Below are positions 1-12,124 of a DNA stretch of 64,000 bases, in pieces. Origin of the DNA: Paraspadella gotoi (taxonomy: Eukaryota; Animalia; Chaetognatha); NCBI GenBank assembly GCA_051294375.1, contig CM119264.1:25236051-25300050 (forward strand). Reading direction: 5' to 3'. The first letter of the stretch is position 1. Each line of letters begins with the position of its first letter. A program made the position numbers and the translations under genes. Below the pieces are notes generated by a model. That model did not search any database. It worked only from the letters and a program-made list of their open reading frames with translations, and had not been told where the DNA came from.

Positions 1-365
1 GAAATCCCGAAACAGCTGGGGGCCAGTCAACCTGTTGGGTGTAGGAAGAAGTTTTGAGAGAATTGATTTGGTATTGAATTGGTAAATTAAATAAACGGGA
101 GAGAGAGAGAGAGAAGAAGGAAGAGAGAGAGAGAGAGAGACGAGAGAGAGAGAGAAAGAAGAGAGAGAGAGAGAGAGAGAGGCGGAGAGAAGACACCGGA
201 GGAGAAGAGTTGATATTACTGATAAATGATGGATTTTCAGGCGCCGCAAAAACCTAGAGAGAACAAAATAATTTACGTACAACTCAGTTTGCAACCACCC
301 ACGAGAGTAAGAACCGAATAACCTCTGGGAGCTGAATAAACAGATTGATGAGAGCGTCTTGATTG

Positions 366-870
366 GAAAGCTTGCAGTACTGCTATGCAATTACTTTGTA
401 AAAGTATGGAGGCCTTAAACCACCAAAGCTCTAGTTGCCAAAAGTTATGGGCAACAGATAGCATTAATCTAGTAATTAAATGAATGGATACTTTTTGATA
501 TTGAGGTTTGTACATTCATAAAATTCAGCTCCTATGTATTTTGAGCTAGTGTGCGAGTAGAGCGAATATAGTATCCCCGATCTAATACTTGAAGGGTGGT
601 ACTTTTCATACAATTAAACATTCGACAGTCTTGAAATATTATTTCACTTCATTGAGGAGAAGCAGGTACTGTCTTGGAGTGAATAAAGCAGAAGTTGTGG
701 AGAGAGGTCATATAGAGGAAAGCTTGCAGACTGCTATGCTCATAGTATCTAAGAGTGATGAGGCCTAAAGACGACCAAAGCCTGTCCAAAGTCAGCGGGG
801 CAAGATAGCTTATTGTTTATTAAATGAAAATGGAAATAATTATTTAATATGATGTATGCCAATTTCATAA
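366..870. repeat. Two noisy tandem copies (~350 bp period) of a dispersed repeat also found near 49950
   Basis: GAAAGCTTGCAG(T)ACTGCTATGC at ~366 and ~718, each followed by GGCC..AAA..ACCAAAGC..CCAAA(A)GT..GATAGC..TTAAATGAA; the same core recurs at ~49950-50050. Confidence 0.6.
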
Positions 871-1207
871 ATGCCCGGCCGCGCAGAAAGTAAATGAAGA
901 TAGGAAACCGCATCTCATAAAATGATAGGTATTTTATCAATGCTCACTCCACCGTGCTGGTTAGTTTCTAAATCATGAGATATTTGATTATTTTGCGAGG
1001 AAGCTCCTTCCCGTCAAAGTAAAGTAGTCGATTGTCAATAGGATATCACTGCTTTAAGGCCGCTTCAATGCATTTTTCCATTTACCGAGAGTAGCTCGGG
1101 CGACATCCTGAGAGTTATATTCTCCACCCTCGCTACTGCCTCACCGTTTCTCTCAGTCTCCTCTCTTGTCCACTAAAAATAAGCTAATTTCTTTGGTCTA
1201 TCTATAC

Positions 1208-1425
1208 GTCCTCAGTTGCGCTCGCAGGAGTCGTTAGAAGCCGGCGCGGAAAAAACTCTAATCTCAGGCGTACATGCTTGACAGCGAAGTAGGGCTGAAC
1301 GCCGCATGGCATCATGAGCAGCGCGCGCGGGGCAGACGGGGGAGCGGGTCGAGCCAGCTATATGGAGCTGCATGCCGATAGAACCGCCTGACCCTTAATC
1401 GCCCTCACCGTCGCTGTCACAGAAT
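1208..1425 (-). CDS. ARHGAP39: RhoGAP-domain exon following EGIFR (ARHGAP39/Vilse-like), heavily corrupted by indels
   Basis: Acceptor ccgttcag at 1426 and gtatag donor at 1207. Allowing indels it reads D-S-D-(E)-V-R-A-I-K-G-Q, then an A-L-L/(W)Y(R)ELE-like stretch, then F-Y-D-S-C. This is collinear with recalled ARHGAP39 GDIDEVNALKLQ..ASLLKLWYRELE..FYEQC. There is no intact frame as assembled. Confidence 0.55.
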
Positions 1426-2166
1426 CTGAACGGAGCTACAGGGAACGTGGTCCGCGATTAAGTTTGGCGGCAAACTCGAAAGATGGCGCAGGATATCCGA
1501 GAGACATGCGAGGAAAATCGTGCAGAAAGCGCGTGATGGAAACGGACAAGGGATCCATTGCATGGCTTCAGACGTAGTTGGCCGGATACCTGTTAGTTGG
1601 GGGAGTGTTGGGGTGTATGTTTTCGAGATACGGGTTGGGGGGGAATGGAGGGCACGTGGAAGGGTGGATGGAAAGGACGACTAGGTAATAAATGAAACCA
1701 GTTAAAAAGATAACGAAGAGTTAAAGTGGTGGATATCACCGTGTGAACAGTTTCATTACTGTCCGACTGAGCAACTGCATTAGTCATGTCCTAAACCCGA
1801 ATGATCTCATCGAGAACTATAAAGGGAGAGAAATAAAAATCAATTACATTTCTAAGTGACCCGGATCACAAATCCAGTAACAGAGGGAAAAATCACTTCC
1901 TGAGCGNNNNNNNNNNNNNNNNNNNNNNNNNCCTGGCGAAGAAAGATCCTGACATCCTTCGAAAAAGAACGGAAAAAAAAATAACTGTTTACGTAGTTAC
2001 TATTTAATTTCAAAAAATATCTTGTGCCAAATAAGGCAAACAAAATAATCAAATAAAGATTCGCCGCAATTGCTCTGCTTCCTTCCCGAGATACGTCGTC
2101 GCTCGACCTGCGACCCGTCATCCATTCGCGACCCTAACGTCAATGAGAGGGGGGTCTCGTCGGCGA

Positions 2167-2250
2167 GTCACGTGACGTCACTGAACAACGATGAGATTCT
2201 GGTCACGTGGCCAACGACAACAACAACAATCGAGATTCCAGTCACGTGAC
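2167..2250. promoter_or_regulatory. Cluster of three GTCACGTG E-boxes (USF/MiT-TFE CLEAR-type) with an overlapping CRE
   Basis: GTCACGTGAC at 2167-2176 overlapping TGACGTCA at 2173-2180; GTCACGTGG at 2202-2210; GTCACGTGAC at 2241-2250. Function is inferred only. Confidence 0.35.
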
Positions 2251-4009
2251 GAGAATTGCGCCGACGCGGCTGACGCGGCCCGACTTTTCGCCGACTCACC
2301 TCCGTCGGGGTTTGGACAGATTTAGATATATCTGACTGACTCTCTCTCTCTCTCTCTCTCTNNNNNNNNNNNNNNNNNNNNNNNNNNNNNNNNNNNNNNN
2401 NNNNNNNNNNNNNNNNNNNNNNNNNNNNNNNNNNNNNNNNNNNNNNNNNNNNNNNNNNNNNNNNNNNNNNNNNNNNNNNNNNNNNNNNNNNNNNNNNNNN
2501 NNNNNNNNNNNNNNNNNNNNNNNNNNNNNNNNNNNNNNNNNNNNNNNNNNNNNNNNNNNNNNNNNNNNNNNNNNNNNNNNNNNNNNNNNNNNNNNNNNNN
2601 NNNNNNNNNNNNNNNNNNNNNNNNNNNNNNNNNNNNNNNNNNNNNNNNNNNNNNNNNNNNNNNNNNNNNNNNNNNNNNNNNNNNNNNNNNNNNNNNTTTT
2701 TTTTTAAGATTTCTGGGTCATAACTCGTTGAGGGGGAAATTTTTTATTCGTAATGAAATTTGAGAATAAAATTTTAAAAAGAGGAAAATAAATTTTTTAT
2801 GCATAATGATTAACTCATAAATTTTTTATGCATAATGATTAACTCATTAATTTTCCATATCCAAAAAATCATTCTTGTTACCTGTGTATAAGAAACTGAA
2901 AAACGGCAGAATGCTTGATAAATACTTAGTATTACTTATTTTAAAGTTGACATATCTTTGATTTTCTTTACTTTTTTCCTATTTCCTCTTTNNNNNNNNN
3001 NNNNNNNNNNNNNNNNNNNNNNNNNNNNNNNNNNNNNNNNNNNNNNNNNNNNNNNNNNNNNNNNNNNNNNNNNNNNNNNNNNNNNNNNNNNNNNNNNNNN
3101 NNNNNNNNNNNNNNNNNNNNNNNNNNNNNNNNNNNNNNNNNNNNNNNNNNNNNNNNNNNNNNNNNNNNNNNNNNAAAAAAAAAAAAGAAAAAACAGAATT
3201 TTTTCCAGATTCGCAATCGAGATGCGAGAGGAAGAAAAAAAGTTCCAACTCCAGACTAAAAGATCTTTATTCATGAGACGATGGGAAAATCGCTGAAGAT
3301 GAATGGAGGGAGGAGGATGAAGAGGAGGAGGAGGAGGAGGAAGAGGAAGTAAATCCGAGTCGAGTAAGCGGAGGAGGAGGAGGAGGAGGAGGAGGAAGGG
3401 AGTAAAAAATACGCGAAGGAATTGAATAAAAAGGTTGGAGGAAAACAATCAGGTGAACTAGAAGAGGAATCCGTGAAAGTCTTCTTTTAATTTGAATAAA
3501 AAAAAAAGGAGTAAAGTGAATCAATTCGAAACCGGAATTATTCTGTTATATTGAAAAAAGATAAGAAAGGTTAATGAAGTAAGACAAGTGTCANNNNNNN
3601 NNNNNNNNNNNNNNNNNNNNNNNNNNNNNNNNNNNNNNNNNNNNNNNNNNNNNNNNNNNNNNNNNNNNNNNNNNNNNNNNNNNNNNNNNNNNNNNNNNNN
3701 NNNNNNNNNNNNNNNNNNNNNNNNNNNNNNNNNNNNNNNNNNNNNNNNNNNNNNNNNNNNNNNNNNNNNNNNNNNNNNNNNNNNNNNNNNNNNNNNNNNN
3801 NNNNNNNNNNNNNNNNNNNNNNNNNNNNNNNNNNNNNNNNNNNNNNNNNNNNNNNNNNNNNNNNNNNNNNNNNNNNNNNNNNNNNNNNNNNNNNNNNNNN
3901 NNNNNNNNNNNNNNNNNNNNNNNNNNNNNNNNNNNNNNNNNNNNNNNNNNNNNNNNNNNNNNNNNNNNNNNNNNGAGAGAGAGAGAGAGATAATGTTTGT
4001 ATATCTCAC

Positions 4010-4164
4010 CTGAAGATCCCTTCCGTCTGCGCGCCCCCTCTGCCCAGAATCTCCTCGCTCAGCGTAGTCTGCACCCAAGGCAGGCGCCTGGTCGGGAACC
4101 GCAGCGCCTGATTCGCCATCTGAGTCTCTAGACTGACGCCGAAGGCCGTCGGGGACAGTGCGCT
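4010..4164 (-). CDS. ARHGAP39: Exon encoding the start of a RhoGAP domain, ARHGAP39/Vilse (RhoGAP93B)-like
   Basis: ccccttccag acceptor and GTGAGA donor. Phase 0 translation SALSPTAFGVSLETQMANQALRFPTRRLPWVQTTLSEEILGRGGAQTEGIF(R) closely matches recalled ARHGAP39 [44 protein letters not shown]. The arginine-finger codon is split by a phase-2 intron. The ORF track shows a different frame. Confidence 0.88.
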
Positions 4165-5517
4165 CTGGAAGGGGGGGCGTGGCAATGGGGTAACGAAGGG
4201 GCGTTTGGGAGGAAGAGGAAGAGGAGGATGGAAAGGAAATTAAGTCGCCAGGAAAACCAAAAACCAAAAAAAAAAAGTAAAAAAAAATTAGTGCTGGTGA
4301 CTTTTTTTGTGATTTTGTGTAAATGAGTTTGAGTGAAAGTGAGTTCGCGTGAAAACGCTCTACATCTACCGCGAGGTTAACTGTGAGGTCGGAATTTTGA
4401 TTTTATTATGTAAAAAGAAAAAAGCTATACTGATAATCGGAATTCTTTAGTTTTAGTTTTTTAGTGTTCCTTTGTGAGATAATTTAAGAGTGAGATCACG
4501 TGAATTTTGAGTCCGACGTCAAAGTGAAACCTCCTCTCGCAACGAAGCCGTGGTCTCTTTCTGTCGGTAAATTCATCACGTGAGTTCGATTTTCGTGACT
4601 GTTAATACGAGCTGACGATCTTCAGTGTTTAGCCTTATAGCGGCTCGGTCTGCCATCGAGTTTAAGACAAGAATACTAGTGTTTACAATAATATCGAAAA
4701 ACCAAATATTNNNNNNNNNNNNNNNNNNNNNNNNNNNNNNNNNNNNNNNNNNNNNNNNNNNNCAAAAATACTAGTGTTTACAATAATATCGAAAAACCAA
4801 ATATTTTAACAGCTCATGCGATTTTCATGAAACAGTTTTTAAGATGTCTTTATGTTTATAAACTTACATCCTACTAATCGAAGCGGCGAAGGTAACTGAT
4901 CGAGATGCTAAGAGAAACAGAGAAAGAGAGAGAGAGAGAGNNNNNNNNNNNNNNNNNNNNNNNNNNNNNNNNNNNNNNNNNNNNNNNNNNNNNNNNNNNN
5001 NNNNNNNNNNNNNNNNNNNNNNNNNNNNNNNNNNNNNNNNNNNNNNNNNNNNNNNNNNNNNNNNNNNNNNNNNNNNNNNNNNNNNNNNNNNNNNNNNNNN
5101 NNNNNNNNNNNNNNNNNNNNNNNNNNNNNNNNNNNNNNNNNNNNNNNNNNNNNNNNNNNNNNNNNNNNNNNNNNNNNNNNNNNNNNNNNNNNNNNNNNNN
5201 NNNNNNNNNNNNNNNNNNNNNNNNNNNNNNNNNNNNNNNNNNNNNNNCATTTACTCTCGGCACCTGACCCGTCGTTCCAAGGTTCTCTGGAGAGTCTTGA
5301 AACGCGGTTGGAAAACTCAGCAAGGGTCACCCCCGCATAGCAGGCATGTGGGTCGGGAGAACAAAGAGAGAAGAGAGAGAGAGAGGGAGAGAGAGAGAGA
5401 GAGAGAGAGAGAAGAGAGAGAGAGGCTCAGGTGCTCCGTATTTTCTCTCCGCTCAACAAACGACTGCGACGTTGATTTCATGACGAGAATATTTCAGCGA
5501 CTTTGATCGCGTCACTT

Positions 5518-5612
5518 AAGATGGCGACGCTCGTGGCGACGTCACCGGAAGTGACGCCGGTCACGTTGGCGAAAAGGGGGCGTGGCGAGCGAAACGGCGA
5601 CGCGGGGGCGGA
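5518..5612. promoter_or_regulatory. CpG-rich promoter-like motif cluster (YY1, CRE-like, ETS, two Sp/KLF boxes)
   Basis: AAGATGGCG 5518-5526; GACGTCA 5538-5544; ACCGGAAGTG 5544-5553; GGGGGCGTGGC 5576-5586; GGGGGCGGA 5604-5612. Confidence 0.45.
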
Positions 5613-5645
5613 ATATTTAGGACGGGAGGAAGAGAGGGAGGGATT

Positions 5646-5681
<36 letters not shown>

Positions 5682-6644
5682 NNNNNNNNNNNNNNNNNNN
5701 NNNNNNNNNNNNNNNNNNNNNNNNNNNNNNNNNNNNNNNNNNNNNNNNNNNNNNNNNNNNNNNNNNNNNNNNNNNNNNNNNNNNNNNNNNNNNNNNNNNN
5801 NNNNNNNNNNNNNNNNNNNNNNNNNNNNNNNNNNNNNNNNNNNNNNNNNNNNNNNNNNNNNNNNNNNNNNNNNNNNNNNNNNNNNNNNNNNNNNNNNNNN
5901 NNNNNNNNNNNNNNNNNNNNNNNNNNNNNNNNNNNNNNNNNNNNNNNNNNNNNNNNNNNNNNNNNNNNNNNNNNNNNNNNNNNNNNNNNNNNNNNNNNNN
6001 NNNNNNNNNNNNNNNNNNNNNNNNNNNNNNNNNNNNNNNNNNNNNNNNNNNNNNNNNNNNNNNNNNNNNNNNNNNNNNNNNNNNNNNNNNNNNNNNNNNN
6101 NNNNNNNNNNNNNNNNNNNNNNNNNNNNNNNNNNNNNNNNNNNNNNNNNNNNNNNNNNNNNNNNNNNNNNNNNNNNNNNNNNNNNNNNNNNNNNNNNNNN
6201 NNNNNNNNNNNNNNNNNNNNNNNNNNNNNNNNNNNNNNNNNNNNNNNNNNNNNNNNNNNNNNNNNNNNNNNNNNNNNNNNNNNNNNNNNNNNNNNNNNNN
6301 NNNNNNNNNNNNNNNNNNNNNNNNNNNNNNNNNNNNNNNNNNNNNNNNNNNNNNNNNNNNNNNNNNNNNNNNNNNNNNNNNNNNNNNNNNNNNNNNNNNN
6401 NNNNNNNNNNNNNNNNNNNNNNNNNNNNNNNNNNNNNNNNNNNNNNNNNNNNNNNNNNNNNNNNNNNNNNNNNNNNNNNNNNNNNNNNNNNNNNNNNNNN
6501 NNNNNNNNNNNNNNNNNNNNNNNNNNNNNNNNNNNNNNNNNNNNNNNNNNNNNNNNNNNNNNNNNNNNNNNNNNNNNNNNNNNNNNNNNNNNNNNNNNNN
6601 NNNNNNNNNNNNNNNNNNNNNNNNNNNNNNNNNNNNNNNNNNNN

Positions 6645-6735
6645 TTGGATGGTGCTGGAGAAATGACGGGTAAGGGACGTTGGATGGTGTTGGAGAAATG
6701 ACGGGTAAGGGACGTTGGATGGTGCTGGAGAAATG
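6645..6735. repeat. 35-bp minisatellite (~2.6 visible copies) abutting a ~960-N gap
   Basis: The unit TTGGATGGTG(C/T)TGGAGAAATGACGGGTAAGGGACG starts at 6645, 6680 and 6715. Confidence 0.9.
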
Positions 6736-9700
6736 GCAACAGTTAGAAGGGATTTGAGTCAAGGTGCCTTAGGTCAGCGTCGCTCATGGAATTTCTAACG
6801 CATAAGAAAAAAAAATCAGCGTCAACAGTTTTTTTTTTCTTTGNNNNNNNNNNCTTTGATCGTCGATAAATCGGAAGCTGTGGATTTAGTGTGAGTCAAC
6901 AGCTGAAATTCAGGAGAAAATTCACTGCATCAATGAGATTGTTGAAATGGGAAAAAAATACATAATGAATATGGTGAATTAGAGTTAAAATTAGATATTT
7001 TTAAAAGTAAGTCATAATTATTAAAATATCTAGACAATAGTCTTGATATTACATTTTTCGGAATTATGTCTTTTCAGCCGTATGTTATCTGTTTAATGAT
7101 GGATTTTGAGAAAGTCTCTCAAACATTCCTTTGAAATTTCCTCGGAAACAGTGGCTCACAGTTAGCTGTACGTCGTTTAATACGTCGTATTTAATTATCG
7201 AAAAAAGAAATTTGCGAAGTCATCTGATATCTTATCATTGGCATCGGACGTCATCCTCATCGTCGTCGTTGTGGTCGTCGTCGTCGTCGTNNNNNNNNNN
7301 NNNNNNNNNNNNNNNNNNNNNNNNNNNNNNNNNNNNNNNNNNNNNNNNNNNNNNNNNNNNNNNNNNNNNNNNNNNNNNNNNNNNNNNNNNNNNNNNNNNN
7401 NNNNNNNNNNNNNNNNNNNNNNNNNNNNNNNNNNNNNNNNNNNNNNNNNNNNNNNNNNNNNNNNNNNNNNNNNNNNNNNNNNNNNNNNNNNNNNNNNNNN
7501 NNNNNNNTGGAGCAGAGAAAATCGCTATCCAGTAAAGACGACTTTTTAGCGGAGAAATTATCGCTATTTTGCCGATAACTATCGCTCCAGTAACTGGGAC
7601 TGTACGTCGAATGCAAAAGATTATTGCTCCAGCGATGACGTTTGTAACTTGATCGTAATAGTGCTGGGAACTAGCGACCGAGTTTTACCGAACTCGTTTN
7701 NNNNNNNNNNNNNNNNNNNNNNNNNNNNNNNNNNNNNNNNNNNNNNNNNNNNNNNNNNNNNNNNNNNNNNNNNNNNNNNNNNNNNNNNNNNNNNNNNNNN
7801 NNNNNNNNNNNNNNNNNNNNNNNNNNNNNNNNNNNNNNNNNNNNNNNNNNNNNNNNNNNNNNNNNNNNNNNNNNNNNNNNNNNNNNNNNNAAGAAAAATT
7901 CTCTCTTTTTGTGAGAGAACAATTTCCATCATACGGAATCTCGGACTTCCTCGCAAGGAAATATTCTCTCGTCTCCTTAAACACGAAAAACGAATTTTCC
8001 AGGGAAAAAAAAATCCACATTCGATCCGAAAATTCTTTCGCAATTCCCACGTCGCCCGGCACTTACTCCAACCCTTACCCCAGCCCTTTATCAATCCACC
8101 CACCCATCCCCCCCCCAACTCCGCCCGCCACCGACGATCCCCAATGATTTATGATTCGGGAGTTCGAGGGCCGAAGTCGTTAGATTGAGAAAATACGTCG
8201 GACTCTCTGGCAGAAACTGGTTCGGTGGTGGTTGTGAAGGGGGGACGATTGGGTGGTGGAATTGTGAATTATCATGGGTGAGGGTGGTCGAGTGGCAGAA
8301 AGGGGAACCGATGGTTTACGAGAGAAGGAAAAGCGAGGGGGGGGGGAATTTCAGAGCGTGAGAGGCAAAAGGCGGTGGTTTATTCGGGAATAAAATAGCG
8401 AGGCTTGAAAGAAGTGTTTTGCTTCTTTGGTCAATAACTCAAAAAAACTTGTTGTATGAAGGGTTCCGGGGAAATGAAAGAGTGAAATAAAAGCAGAAAT
8501 GAAATTAGAAAGATTTGGAAAAATGAGGTTTAAAAAAAAAACTAATTATTTGAATGAAATTACTGCTAAAATTTATTAAAATATAAAAAAAATTAAGAAA
8601 TAATAAGTACTTATAATTGGAAGGATGAGATGATGCATGGTTACAGAGTACAAAAATAATTGACAAACTCAAGAATAATAAATAACAAATAACAAAAAAC
8701 TAAAAGGAAAATAAGGAAAGAAAAGAGCGGCTCTTAAAGAAAGGATAAAAAGAAAACCCCACGTCGTCATCAAGCCGGTTTTTTTCTCTCCTCTCCCCTT
8801 TTCTGCTTTTAATGGCAAATCAAATATAAATCTTTCTTTCTTCTCATAATTTATTTCCCTCCCTTTTTCTTTCTCTATCNNNNNNNNNNGAGAGAGAGAG
8901 AGAGAGAATGTTTTCTTCCGAAATTACTTTTTTCACAGAGCGTCGCTTTTGGAAACCATAAAATTTGTCTCGGTTCTCCATCATTTAACGTCATACGCTG
9001 CAACGTCAATGCTTCCACCTTTGACAACATAATATCTCCTTCTATCCGCTTTTACTTTAATCTCATCTCGATTCTTTCTTTTGCTTTCAGATTCTACCAG
9101 TCTGACTCTTGAAATTTAAACTTAATTTTCACTGAAATTCTTGCCAAATTCCGCTAAATTCCATCTGCTTCGTCTAATTTCCACTTGCTTTAATCTGAAA
9201 TAACTTTTTCCGCAAGTTTCCATGCTCTTCTTTGCTTTCCACATTTTTTTCCTTTTCAACTGTATCGACCAGCCTTCGTTTTCCGACAATAAAAAAATAA
9301 AGATGAATAAAAACCGACTTAATAAATTTTCATCTCCGACGACGTCAATCAAAAGTAATTCTTGTTCGGCACGCAGCAACGATATTCTGTGTGAAGCCGT
9401 TTAATGCGAGAGCGAACTTGTAAATTAACACGAGTGACGAGCATCGAAAACTCGCATCAAATAATAATGTTAGCGTTTGGAACTTATATAATCAGCAAAC
9501 GTATATTCACTTCATGAAAAACCAACGCGATTTTAACAACGACCAACGGCTTTGCAGAAGCGGCCGCTCAGCGCAATTCACACTCAAAATTGACACGCGA
9601 TTCACACGCGCGAAAAACACGTGATTTCGACTTGGAGCACGGGCGTCGCTTCAGTTAATTCATCGACGCATTAATCATATCTAAATTCTCTTTCCAATTT

Positions 9701-12076
9701 TCCTGCCGTTTTTCCTTCCTTTTTTACTTTCTTTTTTTCCCCTTTATTTTATTCTTCTTTTACTTTTCCCTTTATTCTTTTTTTTATTCTTTTCGTTCTT
9801 TTCTTTATTTCCTTCTTTTTTATTATTTCCCTTCGCTCGCCGTCGATGCTTTCGCCTCTGCCGCCGACATTGATTTATACATTTTAATAAAGAACCGATT
9901 TTTTATTCTCTCTCTCTCTCTCNNNNNNNNNNNNNNNNNNNNNNNNNNNNNNNNNNNNNNNNNNNNNNNNNNNNNNNNNNNNNNNNNNNNNNNNNNNNNN
10001 NNNNNNNNNNNNNNNNNNNNNNNNNNNNNNNNNNNNNNNNNNNNNNNNNCTCTTTCATTGTTTTTAAAATTGTTTTGTTTAATTTAAGGCGGAGGAGAAA
10101 ACAAATTAATTGGGTGATTTATCGTTTTATTTTGTTCAATCGACTAAGACGTAATTTGCGTTGGACAAAAACAGAAAAAAAAACAGGAAAAAAAAAACGA
10201 ACTGAAAAACAAATTCCATTGTGTTATTATTCTCGATTCAATTCGTTTTACATCATCCCAAGGATTTTTAGGGCTTTGTGTGTTCTCTGGACTAAGACGA
10301 TGACGACGACGATTAAAACGACGACGATGACAAAGACGATGACGACAACGACAAAGACGATAACGTCAATGACGTTAACAACGAAGATGATGACAAAGGT
10401 GAATAAGACGACCGTTCTTGAAAAGTTGCTGACTGGTGCTCATCAATATTGGCAGAATGTAGCATCGAAGACAGGCCTTTGCTGCGGATTCCCAGTCATC
10501 GTCGTCGTCGTCGAAAAAACTCAGAAACAAAAGAACCAATAGACTTTATCGAAGATAACACTGAAAAAAGAATATTTTTTTTTATTCTTTATTGTTTGGA
10601 TCTCGCTGCAAGAGAAATTCTTCTTTGATATTCTGGGCGGAAATCCCCTAGAGTTCGAAGCCTCGTACCTTCGTAGATTGTCTTCTCTTTTTAGAGGCGA
10701 AACATTTTCACGATTTGAATTTATTAAGGATAGAATTTTGAGAGTTCATCAGTAAAAGACACAGGTGACGATGAAAACTAAAATACACTGTAAAATTAGT
10801 GATAATTACGTTAAAATATTGTAAAATTAGTGAATGGAAAAATAGAAAAACGATAAAGGGTCAAATTTTAAAAGTGAGTGGCGATACTTGATTGGCTTAT
10901 TTTCTATGCGATTTTTGTTTGCGGATCGCCGTAAGAATTTATGATTCCCAACAACAAAACTTTCTCTCTCACAATCTAACTCTCTGATAAAAAAAAACAC
11001 AGCTTCAATTTTCTAATCAAGCAAACAAAACAAAAGCAACGCAGCAGCATTTTCAGCAGCAGCAACTGCCGCAGCTACCGGAGCAGTCACTTCATCTATT
11101 TCGCTATCAACTTTCGATTAATATTTTTTTTTATCCGCCTCGAAGCAATATTCTTTATCTCCTTTCATCGAGATCATCAAACAAAAATTCTTTGGTCATT
11201 AACATTAACTTCGCATTTATTATATAAACATGATGGGAATTCATAGGCACACCCTAACATACCTATTACTACTACCTACTACCTACCTAGTATGTTAGAG
11301 ATCGTATATAACGATAATTTACGTACCAACAGTTTCTCCTCCCCACCTAAAACGGATCATCTGCAACTATCTGTTTTCCGACATTCCATCCCGTCATCTT
11401 CACAGCTTCTTTCGCTTCCTTCAACGTCGAGCCAGTTTCTCCCCTCTATCGGTAAGAGAACGAAAAAAAAAAATCCGCGCTTCTTCCATAAAAGGAAATG
11501 TTGTTAGGAATTCGTGTCACGCGCCAATCATAACGCGAGCGCCGCTGGAGAGAGAGANNNNNNNNNNNNNNNNNNNNNNNNNNNNNNNNNNNNNNNNNNN
11601 NNNNNNNNNNNNNNNNNNNNNNNNNNNNNNNNNNNNNNNNNNNNNNNNNNNNNNNNNNNNNNNNNNNNNNNNNNNNNNNNNNNNNNNNNNNNNNNNNNNN
11701 NNNNNNNNNNNNNNNNNNNNNNNNNNNNNNNNNNNNNNNNNNNNNNNNNNNNNNNNNNNNNNNNAGAGAGAGAGAGAGAGAGAGAGATGTTGGAAGAGAT
11801 GGAACCGATTTTCTCCTAGAGAAAACAGTTTCAATCTTTTTCTTTTTTATATTTTTCTTTTATTCCGTTTTATTTTTAGTTTTAGTTCTGAAAAAAATAT
11901 ACATTTTTCAATTGGAGATTAGATTAACGTGAGGAGTCGTCGTCTCTACGAATTGACCAATCGTAAGTTTTTTTAACTGGGAAACTCGGCCAATAAGGAA
12001 GAGAGGAAATCGCCGTTTCTGAAAAACTTGCAGGTATTGGGAAAATAAAGAGCTTGAAGTAAAACGACGCATCATG

Positions 12077-12077
<1 letters not shown>

Positions 12078-12124
<47 letters not shown>
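12078..12124. repeat. (CAT)n microsatellite
   Basis: Perfect ATC/CAT run; source of the spurious poly-Met and poly-Asp ORFs. Confidence 0.95.

Noticed and set aside
3521-4267. ORF-track translation PERTVPDGLRRQSRD..
   Set aside because: Wrong frame; a different minus-strand frame between the splice sites encodes the RhoGAP sequence.
4672-4805. Short direct repeats flanking N gaps (also 55255-55444)
   Set aside because: Unmerged contig overlaps rather than biological duplications or TSDs.
4868-4907. 40-nt block with a strong acceptor and GTAAGT donor upstream of the RhoGAP exon
   Set aside because: The frame ending in phase 0 has a stop and no frame resembles the MyTH4-RhoGAP linker; could only be a non-coding exon.
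6645-6735. CRISPR-like repeat (35-bp unit)
   Set aside because: Head-to-tail repeats with no unique spacers, eukaryotic context, no cas genes.
8030-8062. Minus-strand VPGDVGIAK resembling the VPGD that follows EGIFR in ARHGAP39
   Set aside because: Lies upstream of the EGIFR exon, lacks an acceptor and similarity does not extend; chance match.
2936-8188. Long ORFs in the track containing runs of X
   Set aside because: They are open only because N gaps contain no stop codons.
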